Shown here piece by piece: positions 35,340 to 45,416 of a stretch of DNA of 62,604 nt. The number at the start of each line of letters is the position of its first letter. The first letter of the stretch is position 1. Position numbers and translations under genes: made by a program. The notes below the pieces were generated by a model that was not told where the DNA came from, did not search any database, and worked only from the letters and a program-made list of their open reading frames with translations. The DNA is from a virus (Duplodnaviria > Caudoviricetes), in the IMG/VR virus record IMGVR_UViG_3300027898_000008, positions 1 through 62,604 of that record, one strand, 5' to 3'.

Positions 35340-36037
35340 TGACATGGCCGGTTAACGGTCGTTCCCTGCCGACCACACCTGCTGGATGGAAACTTGAATT
35401 TTCAGATAGCTTTGATGGTTCCTCTTTGGATACCAATAAATGGTGGCACTGGGGAGGCCAACCAGGCGGTGAATCGAACGCTTGGTGGCAAGATGATCAT
35501 GTCATCATTAGCGACTCGCTGCTAAGGCTAAAGAATACAGGTCCAACCGTTCTAAAGAATGGTAAAATAGGATACGTTTCTGGTGGTGTGGGATCACAAT
35601 TCTCTCAAACTTATGGTAGATATACTTGGCGAGCCCGAGTAGCGGCTGGTGCTGGAATAAGCTCTATAGCTTTGCTCTGGCCGTCTGGAAATGTATTTTG
35701 GCCACTGGCAGGAGAAATAGACATGCTCGAGACCGGGCCTACTTCTAACGCTGTCAACAACATGTCTTCGACAATACACTATGGTGCAAACAATTCTCAA
35801 CAGCAACAACACGTTAAGGGAATAGATTTTACCAAGTGGCATGTTTACGATGGTATATGGGAAGAAGGATCATTTACTTTGTCAATTGATGGCAAGCAAG
35901 TAGCTTCGTTCGTAGGCACTTTTATTCCAAACGGCCCTATGCGTTTTGATCTACAATCTGAATTTATTGGTGGCGGCACTCCCCCAACAACCTGTTTCTA
36001 CGACATTGATTGGGTTGCAATCTACTCTAAGGTGTAA
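35339..36037 (+). CDS. Glycoside hydrolase family 16
   Basis: WKLEFSDSFDG, YGRYTWRAR, catalytic GEIDMLE, WHVY, IDWVAIY. Confidence 0.9.
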   Translation: MTWPVNGRSLPTTPAGWKLEFSDSFDGSSLDTNKWWHWGGQPGGESNAWWQDDHVIISDSLLRLKNTGPTVLKNGKIGYVSGGVGSQFSQTYGRYTWRARVAAGAGISSIALLWPSGNVFWPLAGEIDMLETGPTSNAVNNMSSTIHYGANNSQQQQHVKGIDFTKWHVYDGIWEEGSFTLSIDGKQVASFVGTFIPNGPMRFDLQSEFIGGGTPPTTCFYDIDWVAIYSKV

Positions 36038-36038
36038 C

Positions 36039-37085
36039 ATGGCGCTAACAATACCTAATCTCGAATCATCGCCTACCTTTGATGGTCAAGTTGTTTTTGA
36101 TGCTACCGATCTTGCCGCATTCTTAGCAAGCGAAACGGGAACTGGCGTCATATCGGGCATGACTTGCACTCCAAACACGGGCATGACGATTTCTATTGCG
36201 GCAGGAACCTTTATCATCAATGGTGTCCAGAACACCTATGCAGGTGGCACGGGCGTGGCAACCATTGGCGCAGCGTCCACTTATGATCGCAAAGACATTG
36301 TTAGCATCAACGCTGCGGGCACTATCACCGTCACGGCGGGAACACCTGGGACCGTTGCGGGTTGGACACGCGCATCAAGCGCGCTACCTCCTGTAAAACC
36401 ATCCATACCGGCTAGCAACATCATCCTTTGCGAAGTGTACGTTGCATCGACCACAAGCACCATTGCTACCGGAAATATCGTGGACAAAACAACGCTGTGC
36501 AGCCCCGTACTACCATCACTCGGTGTTGCGGGGCAAGTGGCAGGCGTCAACGCCGCCGCTAATGGCTTGCAGTTTCGTAGCGCAACTCCCACCACGATTC
36601 CCACCGCCTTGCAGTCGCTCACCGCGAGTTCCGACAACATCCTCACGGGTGGCGTCGTCGCGCTCTCTCTTGGCGACATCTATGTGGGAATGTGCGTGGA
36701 GTGGGACGTGCAACTCATCAAGACTGCCGCTGGAACAGCCACATGGTCGATGTACGTCCGCGTCGGTACGACGACTGCGGGTGCCACAACCGATACCGCC
36801 GTTGCAACGTGGACCTCGGGCACGAACACCGCCGCCATTGACCAGTCTTCGATTCGAGTAAAGGCGCGTTGCACTTCCATCTCCGCAGGTGTCGCCACCT
36901 TTGCTTGCGCGGCTTTCGCACAAAACGAACTCACGACCGCGACTGGTCTTGGCTTGTTTGCTTCGCCAATCCCCGGCTCAACGGCAACAGTAACCGTTTC
37001 CACGGCACAGTCGATTCACCTTGATATAACGCCGGGTGCTAGTGCAGTAATGACGGCGGCAACTTTTGTGACGAGGGCAGGATAA
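36039..37085 (+). CDS. Fibre-like structural protein
   Basis: GVISGMTCTPNTGMTISIAAG...DRKDIV; Thr/Ala/Gly-rich. Confidence 0.75.
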   Translation: MALTIPNLESSPTFDGQVVFDATDLAAFLASETGTGVISGMTCTPNTGMTISIAAGTFIINGVQNTYAGGTGVATIGAASTYDRKDIVSINAAGTITVTAGTPGTVAGWTRASSALPPVKPSIPASNIILCEVYVASTTSTIATGNIVDKTTLCSPVLPSLGVAGQVAGVNAAANGLQFRSATPTTIPTALQSLTASSDNILTGGVVALSLGDIYVGMCVEWDVQLIKTAAGTATWSMYVRVGTTTAGATTDTAVATWTSGTNTAAIDQSSIRVKARCTSISAGVATFACAAFAQNELTTATGLGLFASPIPGSTATVTVSTAQSIHLDITPGASAVMTAATFVTRAG

Positions 37086-37456
37086 TGACACAGTACACAG
37101 TAGGACAGGTGCTCCCCAACGGCGAAACGGTTGTAAGCGATGCGATCACCAACTACCCAGATGGCTCGATATTGGAGCAGATGACAGACAGCGCGGGTAA
37201 CACCGAGAACGTGACCACGCCCTCTCCCGCGCAGGTAGCGCAGGATAGCGCCATGGCTACTGCTATTGCTAACCTGCAAACGCTACTCACTACGATGGGT
37301 CCGGCTATTGCTCAAGGACAAACTGACCTTGTAACGCTTGCTTCATCGACGGACCCACTTGCGTCTATTGTTGCCCGCAACATCCAGGCATCACTTGCTC
37401 TAGCGCAAGCCATTCAAGACGCGCTCACGGTTCTTCAACTTATCCCGGCAGGATAG
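37085..37456 (+). CDS. Hypothetical protein (possible fibre chaperone)
   Basis: TAATG coupling. Confidence 0.65.
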   Translation: MTQYTVGQVLPNGETVVSDAITNYPDGSILEQMTDSAGNTENVTTPSPAQVAQDSAMATAIANLQTLLTTMGPAIAQGQTDLVTLASSTDPLASIVARNIQASLALAQAIQDALTVLQLIPAG

Positions 37457-37459
37457 CTC

Positions 37460-40135
37460 GTGGGCACGGTAGTTCAGCAAAGCGACACGGGCGCTTCCTA
37501 CATTACCTCTGGCTCTTCCGGCACTATCTTAGCCTCTAACCCGTCAATCGGTAACGCTGTCGTTGTTGCTATCCTGGTCCAGTCTTCAACTAACAGCGAC
37601 ATCATTTCTGTCACTTCACCCATTGGTACGTTCACAAAAATCAAAGCCAACGGCTACTCTTCTCTTTATGAAATAGAAGTGTGGGCGTGTAGTGCGGCCA
37701 CGGGGTCTGGCAATACAATCACCGTGACAACGACTGGAGCGGCTTCGTGGACCGCTCAAGGTAGCGAACTTTTAGGTACTCTTGCCAGCACCTATGCTGG
37801 TGCAAGCAACGGGTTATCGGGGACTTCTATCACTGGCGTGGTCACGCCTTTGTCAATTGGTGATTTTGCTTTTGTCGCCTGTTCCGCTACTTATGGTTTG
37901 ACTTCAGCTCCTACTTCACCCTGGACCAGTTACGCGGGGTCGAACCTGTGGGGAACGACCCACAACTACGAAACCACTTACCAGTTCGCATCCTCAACTT
38001 CTGCTCAAACAGCCACTTTCCCGATGTCAGGTTCTGGCAACATGGCAACTGTTTCGTTTGGCGGAACTCTAATCCCGGCAAACCACAACGCACCCACTTA
38101 CGGCATGATGCTGGGCAATGGATTTATGGGTGCGGGTGGCCTGGGCGGTGGAGGAGTTGGCACTTTAATTGCTACGGGGAATGCTGCATCTTCGTTCGTA
38201 GCTGCCGTAACCGCTGTGACAGTTATTCCAACAAGCGGAAATATTTCGGCTGCATTTACTACTTCTGTTTCTCCTGTATTGAAATTTCCTACAACAGGTA
38301 ATGCTATTGGATCTTACGTTGCAACTTCGACAATGGCGGTTACAGTCACCACTGCCGGTGACAATGTTTCCACTAGCTTTTTAGCTTCCTTAACTCCGTT
38401 GGTGCAAATCCCGCTAACGGCTAATGAAGCATTTTCGTTTGTTGCATCAGGGTCTGGGCTAATAACTGTCAACGCTTCAGGCAACTCATCTTCTAGTTTA
38501 ATTGATGCAATGTCCCCCATCGTGGTTATGCCAACGTCAGAGTCTCTTAGTGCCTCATTCGTTGCTTCCACAACACCGCTTGTTTTAATCCCTGCAACGG
38601 CCAATCTTTTGTCTTCATTTTTGGGAACATTTGCTGGAGTTGTTAAATTCCCTGCTACAGCTGGGATGACTGCAACCTTATCCAACTCTTTGACCTCACT
38701 TATTTTGGTACCAGCAACGGCCAACATGGCAAGTTCGTTTGTATCTGCTGGAACAGGAACAACATCCTCTTCTGCCACTGGTAACGTTGTTTCTAGTTTC
38801 ATCGGATCTATTACGCCGCTCGAGATATTGCCTACTTCTGCCAACATGGCATCATCTTATCTCGCAGCTTCGACTCCGTTAATAGTGATGTCCGACACGG
38901 CTAGTCTAGTTGGGTCTTTCTCTGCGGCGTTGACTGCAGTGACTAAAATGATTGCTACTGGTAACGCTGTAAGCACATATCTTTCAAGTTTGACTCCGTT
39001 GGCAATTGTTCCATTAACGGCCAACCTGTCTTCATCTGCGCTTTTGTCTAGCAACCTTTCTCTGGTTCTTTCCGCTTCCAATTCAGCTACAAGCGTCGTC
39101 ATAACTAGCACGGGTGTTGTGGTGGGGCTTTTCTTTACTGGCAATATATCCTCATCATTCGTTACATCAATTGCTCCACTGTTGAAACTGTATGCTACGG
39201 CAAATGTGAATGGTGCATATTTGGCAACTGGCGCAATGCTTCAGCCGATTACGTCAGCGCCCGTAACAGCAACGCTCGTTAATGCGGCCACGCCTACAGT
39301 CATTACAAACGCAACCGGTAATGTGGTAGTATCATCAACTTCATCTGCCACGGGTGTTGTCACCCAAAGCGCTACTGCGTCGTCTAACAGTTCTTTTGTA
39401 ACGTCAATGACAGGTCTTGTAAAAGTTCCTGCAACTTCAGGGTTAACCGCATCTCTTGTTGAGGCCATCACCCCAACGGTACGTGTATCTTTAACGGGCG
39501 CAGTTACCACGACATACATTGCTAATTTGGCTCCCGTGGTCAATGTTCCCTTTACCGGCAACATGTACTCTTCATATGTCACGTCGATCACTAGCACAGT
39601 TTTGGTTCCTGGGTCTGGCAATGTGGCTGTTAGCCAAGTATCTACTGTCGCCCCCACTATCACTGTTAATCTTTCCAGTGGTCTTAGTTCTAATCTGCTT
39701 CTTCAGTCAAGCCCTGTTACAAATTTAATAGCTTCAAGCAATGAATCAATTAACTTCCAAGCTTCTGGGACCATTAACAGTAACACAAATGCGGCAGGAG
39801 CGTCTTCTGCTCAATGGGTCGCCAATGGTAGTGCTCAACTTTCTCTTTCACCATCTGGAACAAATTCATTGTTCAACGCCGTGCTTTCACCTTCAATTGG
39901 TTTGAACCCGTCAAGCATCTATGTGTCATTCTCATCTTCAATGGTACTCAGCGTCACCGTATTTTCTAATCCTGGTACGGTGAAGCCAGGGTTTATTACT
40001 GCCCAAGTTGGCGGAGGGTTCTTGACTGCAAGCGTAGCGTCTGATTACAGTACAGCTCAAGTTGACGGCGGGTTCATAACCGCACCACTTAAAAACGATC
40101 TCAAAACTGCCCTTGTGGGCGGCGGATTCCACTAG
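37460..40135 (+). CDS. Long Ser/Thr/Ala/Val-rich protein with ~20-aa repeats (fibre-like)
   Basis: N-terminal globular domain, Gly linker, then repeats such as PTSGNISAAFTTSVSPVLKF / PTTGNAIGSYVATSTMAVTV. Confidence 0.8.
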   Translation: MGTVVQQSDTGASYITSGSSGTILASNPSIGNAVVVAILVQSSTNSDIISVTSPIGTFTKIKANGYSSLYEIEVWACSAATGSGNTITVTTTGAASWTAQGSELLGTLASTYAGASNGLSGTSITGVVTPLSIGDFAFVACSATYGLTSAPTSPWTSYAGSNLWGTTHNYETTYQFASSTSAQTATFPMSGSGNMATVSFGGTLIPANHNAPTYGMMLGNGFMGAGGLGGGGVGTLIATGNAASSFVAAVTAVTVIPTSGNISAAFTTSVSPVLKFPTTGNAIGSYVATSTMAVTVTTAGDNVSTSFLASLTPLVQIPLTANEAFSFVASGSGLITVNASGNSSSSLIDAMSPIVVMPTSESLSASFVASTTPLVLIPATANLLSSFLGTFAGVVKFPATAGMTATLSNSLTSLILVPATANMASSFVSAGTGTTSSSATGNVVSSFIGSITPLEILPTSANMASSYLAASTPLIVMSDTASLVGSFSAALTAVTKMIATGNAVSTYLSSLTPLAIVPLTANLSSSALLSSNLSLVLSASNSATSVVITSTGVVVGLFFTGNISSSFVTSIAPLLKLYATANVNGAYLATGAMLQPITSAPVTATLVNAATPTVITNATGNVVVSSTSSATGVVTQSATASSNSSFVTSMTGLVKVPATSGLTASLVEAITPTVRVSLTGAVTTTYIANLAPVVNVPFTGNMYSSYVTSITSTVLVPGSGNVAVSQVSTVAPTITVNLSSGLSSNLLLQSSPVTNLIASSNESINFQASGTINSNTNAAGASSAQWVANGSAQLSLSPSGTNSLFNAVLSPSIGLNPSSIYVSFSSSMVLSVTVFSNPGTVKPGFITAQVGGGFLTASVASDYSTAQVDGGFITAPLKNDLKTALVGGGFH

Positions 40136-40142
40136 GAGAACC

Positions 40143-40505
40143 ATGGCACTCAACACAATAACCACTGTGCAGTACGGGACTGCTATTGAGTTCTATACCG
40201 AAGACCCTTTTACGGCTCTCGATGGTGTGACACTTGTCGATCCTGACACTGTTACATTTACTTTTTCTATCGAAGGAGACGCTACTTCTCCTCACACGTA
40301 TTTGTTCACGCGCGGCATCGGTGATCTAACTGGAACCATCGTGCGAGACAGCGTTGGGGTTTACCACGCAATTATTAGAACAATCTTGTTCACAGCTGGA
40401 ATCTGGACCTATACTTGGTCATGCGCCCCATCGAATAGCGTTCACCTTGATCTCACAAGCACTGAAGTAGTAGCAACCCCAAGAACTGTAAACGTACAAA
40501 ACTAA
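40143..40505 (+). CDS. Small beta-sandwich structural protein
   Basis: AGGAG RBS; LVDPDTVTF...GVYH...AGIWTYTW. Confidence 0.7.
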   Translation: MALNTITTVQYGTAIEFYTEDPFTALDGVTLVDPDTVTFTFSIEGDATSPHTYLFTRGIGDLTGTIVRDSVGVYHAIIRTILFTAGIWTYTWSCAPSNSVHLDLTSTEVVATPRTVNVQN

Positions 40506-40573
40506 TTACACCAAGAATCACTTGATTAATCCCTCTTTGTCTGCTAGAATACATCTAGAGATAAGGAGGGATT

Positions 40574-40831
40574 TTGAGTCAGATTGACCTAAGCATTTTC
40601 AAGCCTCGCGCTGGTTGCATCATTGGCAATCTTCCATTTACTGATGAACAAAGAGATTTGTTTGATGCAGTCATGGAAGCAGACCGTGAAGAATATCCTA
40701 CATCCAACATACTCAGAATTTTGAGGGACGAGTGGCATTTAAACGCAAAATCCACTTCATTAAAATCTCATCGCAACAAAGAATGTCTTTGCTACACTTA
40801 TCAATCCCTTCCCGACACGGAGACTACATGA
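40574..40831 (+). CDS. Hypothetical protein
   Basis: TTG with AAGGAGG RBS; promoter-like TTGATT...TAGAAT upstream. Confidence 0.7.
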   Translation: MSQIDLSIFKPRAGCIIGNLPFTDEQRDLFDAVMEADREEYPTSNILRILRDEWHLNAKSTSLKSHRNKECLCYTYQSLPDTETT

Positions 40832-42162
40832 CTGATGTTCTAGATTCCTTCCGCCGCACTACTCGAGTCAAGGAAGAACCCAGCTCCTCATCTGTCAGCT
40901 GGGGGAAAGATGGCGATGGGTCTGCACTCTTTCAAGGTGCCAAGGAAGTCCCGTCTGATGCAGACATCCGTGCACTGATTGAACATACTGGTAAGAACCC
41001 TGACGATTATCACTGGGACATCACATCAGTCTCTTGGAACTCTGCCGCATGGCACCGCAGCGAAGAGGTTGCCGCTGAAGGCAAAGCGCACTCCGCTCAC
41101 ACTTCGCCATCGTGCGTTGTAAAGATCCGTATTGTTCGCAAAACGGAATTGGATGAGCTATCTCGAGAAATCGTTCAAGCTCCACCCCTAAAAGTACAGA
41201 TTCAATCTTCTTACAAGCTTCCTAAGCGTCGTGGGATTGATGATTTAGAGTGCGCTGTCATTTACGCTGACTCACAGATGTGGTATTTCCAAGACTACGA
41301 TGGCAATTGGATTCCTACTCATGACGAGGCCGCTTTAGACATCGGACTTCAGATTACCGCCGATGTTGAAGCAGAGCACGGTATCGACACCATGGTTGAT
41401 CTAGGAGACCTTGGGGACTTCCCGACTGTTTCAACTCACAATTCGCCTATGGCCATGACCCTTCATGCTTCTACCAACATGACTATCAAGAGAATTGGTC
41501 GATTAATGGCAGAGCGTAGTGCCTTGTCACCGAATGCTAAGCGTCGTCGCTGGCTGCGTGGTAACCACGAGCAGCGTTGGACCGATTGGCTTGCCAACAA
41601 TGCTTCCCACCTTGTGGGGCTACAGCGTGCTGGTGACGACGAAGAATTCCCTGTTTTAAGTCTTCAGTACCTGACTCGAGCGGAAGAAAATGGATGGGTT
41701 TTAGGCGAGCGTAGCTACCCAAACGATGTCTTTTGGCTCAATGACAACACACGTTGCATCCACGGCACCATTGGAAAAACTCAGGTCGGCACCACGCTTA
41801 ACGAATACTTGCGAGAAGAAGTCAACACCATCGCTGGACACACTCCACACGCCGGGATTGCTTACCGCACTATCGCTCGAAACGGCAAGACACGTACCTA
41901 TGTGGCTTGCACTCCGGGTGGATTCATGCGTACTGATGGCAAGGTTCCTTCAGGTTCAAATAAGAACACTGATCGTGGACAACCAAGTGAGACAGACGGC
42001 GTTGCTTGGGAGCAGGGAATGGCTGTAATTTTCTACTCTCCTGGCGAAGGTGCCACTGTGCCACAAATCGAACACATCCCGATCTTTAATGGCAAGGCTG
42101 TTTGGCGTGGTAAAATTTACACAGCCCGTTGCGATGTCAACGGTAATCCTTTGGAAGTTTAG
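40828..42162 (+). CDS. Calcineurin-like metallophosphoesterase
   Basis: ADSQ, DLGDLGD, GNHE, IHG, GHTPH motifs. Confidence 0.85.
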   Translation: MTDVLDSFRRTTRVKEEPSSSSVSWGKDGDGSALFQGAKEVPSDADIRALIEHTGKNPDDYHWDITSVSWNSAAWHRSEEVAAEGKAHSAHTSPSCVVKIRIVRKTELDELSREIVQAPPLKVQIQSSYKLPKRRGIDDLECAVIYADSQMWYFQDYDGNWIPTHDEAALDIGLQITADVEAEHGIDTMVDLGDLGDFPTVSTHNSPMAMTLHASTNMTIKRIGRLMAERSALSPNAKRRRWLRGNHEQRWTDWLANNASHLVGLQRAGDDEEFPVLSLQYLTRAEENGWVLGERSYPNDVFWLNDNTRCIHGTIGKTQVGTTLNEYLREEVNTIAGHTPHAGIAYRTIARNGKTRTYVACTPGGFMRTDGKVPSGSNKNTDRGQPSETDGVAWEQGMAVIFYSPGEGATVPQIEHIPIFNGKAVWRGKIYTARCDVNGNPLEV

Positions 42163-42163
42163 C

Positions 42164-42397
42164 ATGGAACTGAGTAACGAAGAACAAATCGCTGCACTCA
42201 AGCTCGAGAACGAGGATTTAAAAGATCGCGTTACTAGACTAGAGGGTTGTGTGTATGGGCTTCAAGCCGTGGTGGAGATCCTTAGGCGTGAAAAAGCTCA
42301 GCCTTGGATTCAGCCTTTTCCTTGGACTCTACCTAACATTCCATACATCGGCACGCCACAAGCCCCCTACACAATTTGGTCTCAAACAAGTGGCTGA
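42164..42397 (+). CDS. Hypothetical coiled-coil protein
   Basis: ORF continuity in operon. Confidence 0.6.
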   Translation: MELSNEEQIAALKLENEDLKDRVTRLEGCVYGLQAVVEILRREKAQPWIQPFPWTLPNIPYIGTPQAPYTIWSQTSG

Positions 42398-42656
42398 GGA
42401 GAAGTACGATGAGTCACGCAAAAACACTACGCCACAAAATGTGGCTTCGGTTGCACGTATGCGTAAAGAAACTGGAGACACTCGAGAATGGGTGCAGTGT
42501 TTGATCTGTGGTGACTTGTGTCCACAAGACGCTTACGGGGTTCATGACGCACACATAACTTGCACTTACTCAAAGAAGGGCAAGCGCATCATGAAACTTC
42601 AGAGAGCCGAGGAGAAGAAAGAACTACTGGCCGATGTTAGACCCGGACTCTTCTAG
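42390..42656 (+). CDS. Hypothetical zinc-finger protein
   Basis: CLIC...H...C; GTG start overlapping previous stop. Confidence 0.55.
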   Translation: MAEEKYDESRKNTTPQNVASVARMRKETGDTREWVQCLICGDLCPQDAYGVHDAHITCTYSKKGKRIMKLQRAEEKKELLADVRPGLF

Positions 42657-43010
42657 GGCCTCAGACTCCATTAATTTCTCCCACGCCTCTTCTCCTGTAA
42701 GCCCATCAATGATCCACTCTCTGCGTTGGTCAGGGGTGCTCCCTCCCCACACACCGTGTTCATCGCTAATCGACATAGCGTGTAAGAAGCATGTCTTTTG
42801 TACCGGGCAACGGCGGCAGACTGCTAAACCTTTTTTGATAAAAGGAGCCTGCCCTTGTCCGGGGAAGAACCATTCACCGGGGCTTTCTTCTTCAATGCAT
42901 GTCGCGTCGTTGTAAAAGCTGGGGCGCGCGCGCTTAAAGATCTCAATAAACTGCGCGAGCTCCCAATCTTCAAAGGTAAAGTTACTCACGGTTACGCACC
43001 TGATTTGCAT
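42624..43010 (-). CDS. whiB: WhiB-family transcription factor
   Basis: C...WFFP...CRRCPVQKTC...GVWGG...RR; TTGACA-16-TATAGT promoter upstream. Confidence 0.9.
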   Translation of the reverse strand: MQIRCVTVSNFTFEDWELAQFIEIFKRARPSFYNDATCIEEESPGEWFFPGQGQAPFIKKGLAVCRRCPVQKTCFLHAMSISDEHGVWGGSTPDQRREWIIDGLTGEEAWEKLMESEALEESGSNIGQ

Positions 43011-43136
43011 GTACTGCTGCTACTATACGAGCTTCTTCCGGCGTGTCAACCTTGATGTTCCAAGGGCACGTCATGCATGTTAAAGTCCATTTCCCGTTAA
43101 CGGGGTAAATGATTACGTAAGGGCGAGCTAATAATG

Positions 43137-43505
43137 TCATGCCAGGAGGCCCTTCTTTTCTGCTTCGGGATCTCTATCAGTAATCAGTGTGTGACAAACA
43201 CGGCATACAGCACGGAAATTAGAATCATTTTCGTCAATAGGAACTACGTTGCCGCCAAGGGAACGGGGTAAGATCTCATCAACGTCAACCGATTCACCTT
43301 GACACCCACGTAGGTTAGCCGCACACATTGGGTGATCTGCAAGAAACTTAATGACAAAAGGGATTCTTTCCTTTGCATAAAATTCAGCAGTCTTTTTGGA
43401 CCTTTGCGGTAGTCGTGAATTCGACTCCAGCGGGGGTCCTTTTTTTAATTCTTTGCCACGTGACAGGCCCACACCCAGTTGTAGTGGAGTGCGCTTCAAG
43501 GTCAT
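43137..43505 (-). CDS. HNH-like endonuclease
   Basis: C...C...VDEILPRSLGG...NFRAVCRVCHTLI. Confidence 0.75.
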   Translation of the reverse strand: MTLKRTPLQLGVGLSRGKELKKGPPLESNSRLPQRSKKTAEFYAKERIPFVIKFLADHPMCAANLRGCQGESVDVDEILPRSLGGNVVPIDENDSNFRAVCRVCHTLITDRDPEAEKKGLLA

Positions 43506-43561
43506 AGACCATAGTAACATGTACGTCAAGGCTATGCACTCGTTAAATCTGAATCTTATGT

Positions 43562-43720
43562 TCAGTGTGTAAAGCTAGCGCCCAATTCTTCCTGCAGCAA
43601 ACTGTTTAGGCGCCCAATTTCAGCAAGACGCGCTTTTAGAAGTTCATTTTCTTTGAACAAAACCATGTTCTCTCGCTCAATGCTGCGTGTGTATTCTTCT
43701 TGATCTTCTTCGTAGCTCAT
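43562..43720 (-). CDS. Small coiled-coil protein (52 aa)
   Basis: MSYEEDQEEYTRSIERENMVLF...; TAATG coupling; below ORF-track cutoff. Confidence 0.55.
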   Translation of the reverse strand: MSYEEDQEEYTRSIERENMVLFKENELLKARLAEIGRLNSLLQEELGASFTH

Positions 43721-44100
43721 TACACTCCCATGTCTCGGTAGTTAGCGCCCAACGAACGAAGGGCATCTAATCTCATGCGAATCGACAATAGCGCCTGTCG
43801 CGTGGCGTTTTCTTTTGCTGCTGTAAGCAACATAGCAAGCCTTTTGTCAGCCGTGTTGCTGGTAGCAATATCTTCGGCTATGTCAGCAGTCATTTTTACA
43901 CCATCAAATGATGATTCTGTTCGTGCAATCAATCGCTCAGAAGCAAATGAGTTTTTAAAATCTGCTTCAGCTATTGCTGCGGCATCTAGATCTAAACGGT
44001 ATTGAGCAGTTAATTGTTCTTGCTGAAAGATGGCTTTTGTTATACCAGCTTCAATACGCTCTCGAGACAAAATGCCGATTTCAATGTGTTCATTTGACAT
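43720..44100 (-). CDS. Helical protein, UvsY-like recombination mediator candidate
   Basis: KMTADIAEDIA...LDALRSL pattern; within recombination operon. Confidence 0.55.
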   Translation of the reverse strand: MSNEHIEIGILSRERIEAGITKAIFQQEQLTAQYRLDLDAAAIAEADFKNSFASERLIARTESSFDGVKMTADIAEDIATSNTADKRLAMLLTAAKENATRQALLSIRMRLDALRSLGANYRDMGV

Positions 44101-44111
44101 TGCAGTTCCTG

Positions 44112-44315
44112 TCAATTTTCAGGTGTACTAAGAGCATTTGTGCGTGAACCAAATCTAAATGCTTTTGCTGGATCTTTCTGGTTGAGTAAGTTACAGACTT
44201 TGCCTCTGGTAATCTTGCATTCGTCTGTCTTGCGGACGTTCCCTTTACGATTGTGATCTCTTACATCACGTTTGCAGATTGGGCATTTTCGAACATCGTA
44301 ACTAATTTGACTCAT
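44112..44315 (-). CDS. Hypothetical zinc-binding protein
   Basis: CPIC...H...C. Confidence 0.55.
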   Translation of the reverse strand: MSQISYDVRKCPICKRDVRDHNRKGNVRKTDECKITRGKVCNLLNQKDPAKAFRFGSRTNALSTPEN

Positions 44316-44443
44316 TTTTTTATCCTCTGTTGTCCTTTGCCGCATTGCATACAGTGACGCCTGTAACCACGAAACCTTTTTGGTTCCTCAACCCATGACG
44401 ACCACCTATGAAATCCAAGACGACAGATAGGATGATACGTCAT
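44312..44443 (-). CDS. Small zinc-finger protein (43 aa)
   Basis: MTYHPICRLGFHRW...CMQCGK; ATGA coupling. Confidence 0.55.
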   Translation of the reverse strand: MTYHPICRLGFHRWSSWVEEPKRFRGYRRHCMQCGKGQQRIKK

Positions 44444-44456
44444 GGGCTGAGTCTTT

Positions 44457-45047
44457 CTACTTGGTACGAATGTTGACGGTTGATGGGCCTGTCAAATGGA
44501 TAGAACCGTTAGACCACACTGCGGGGCCAGAAACTGTCTGGACAAAACCTTCCCAATAGTCGATGTAAGTATGACCGCTGGGGTTTACACAAACAACGTA
44601 AGTTCCTGTTGAAGCTCCGGTGTACACGCCAGTGGGATCGACCTGAGCAATGGGTACTGATGCTCCGCCATTTGGATACGGGTCTTCAACGATCTGCTGA
44701 GGGTTAGTCAGCTGGGTGTCAGCGGCTAAAGGGAACCCAATGGAAGGGCAACTCATCGTCGGGTTTGTGACGCCTTGGTTGAAGAAAAACGTAGTCGTCT
44801 GCGTAGTAGTAGCCTGAGCTGTCTCAACCGCAATCAACGTTGCACGAAGCTGACTGTACGTATACAGAGGCGTTGGCTCAGCCTTCTGCAACTGCACAAG
44901 AGCATTCGCTGATGCGCTTTGGTCGTTCTTAACCGCGCTTGTCTGATTGGACGGGCTACCGTTTCCACATGCCGCAAGAATGAGCCCTGCCGACAAGATA
45001 GCTGCTGTTAGTCCTCCAACTTTCTTAAACTTTTGATTTAATTTCAC
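44457..45047 (-). CDS. Lipoprotein
   Basis: Basic N-terminus, hydrophobic core, lipobox LAAC; SIGFP...TNP...GTYVVC. Confidence 0.8.
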   Translation of the reverse strand: MKLNQKFKKVGGLTAAILSAGLILAACGNGSPSNQTSAVKNDQSASANALVQLQKAEPTPLYTYSQLRATLIAVETAQATTTQTTTFFFNQGVTNPTMSCPSIGFPLAADTQLTNPQQIVEDPYPNGGASVPIAQVDPTGVYTGASTGTYVVCVNPSGHTYIDYWEGFVQTVSGPAVWSNGSIHLTGPSTVNIRTK

Positions 45048-45056
45048 TTTTCTCCT

Positions 45057-45416
45057 TTACGAGCAGTTGGTTGAGTTGAATGATACAAGATCAACTGGTA
45101 GGGTGGATGTTACATTGCTAATCAGGGCACAAGCTTGAGTCGTTTCGACTGCCGACTGCGCCTGAAGACTTGCTATTTCTGATTGGGGTGTTGCGGGTGA
45201 GTTGATTTGTGAATTGATGGTGTAGATCTCTGACACTAGAGTGCGTGATTCTTGAATGTCCGCTGTCTGCGCTGCCAACCCATTCTGGGTGATAACTGCG
45301 TTGTGGTTTGCAGAACTGTTTGCCATCCACCAGTTCAATTGCCATCCACCGATTGCAATACCGACGATAATAGCAATGGAAGCAATACCTGCAAGAATTA
45401 CCTTAAGTGGATTCAT
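45057..45416 (-). CDS. Membrane-anchored protein, partner of the lipoprotein
   Basis: N-terminal TM; C-terminal Cys pair. Confidence 0.75.
   Translation of the reverse strand: MNPLKVILAGIASIAIIVGIAIGGWQLNWWMANSSANHNAVITQNGLAAQTADIQESRTLVSEIYTINSQINSPATPQSEIASLQAQSAVETTQACALISNVTSTLPVDLVSFNSTNCS

Noticed and set aside
38314-39663. Long antisense ORFs in the repeat protein and other structural genes
   Set aside because: Expected from Ser/Thr/Ala/Val codon bias on the sense strand
29051-40135. Diversity-generating retroelement acting on fibre genes
   Set aside because: No reverse transcriptase and no adenine-variant repeat pair seen
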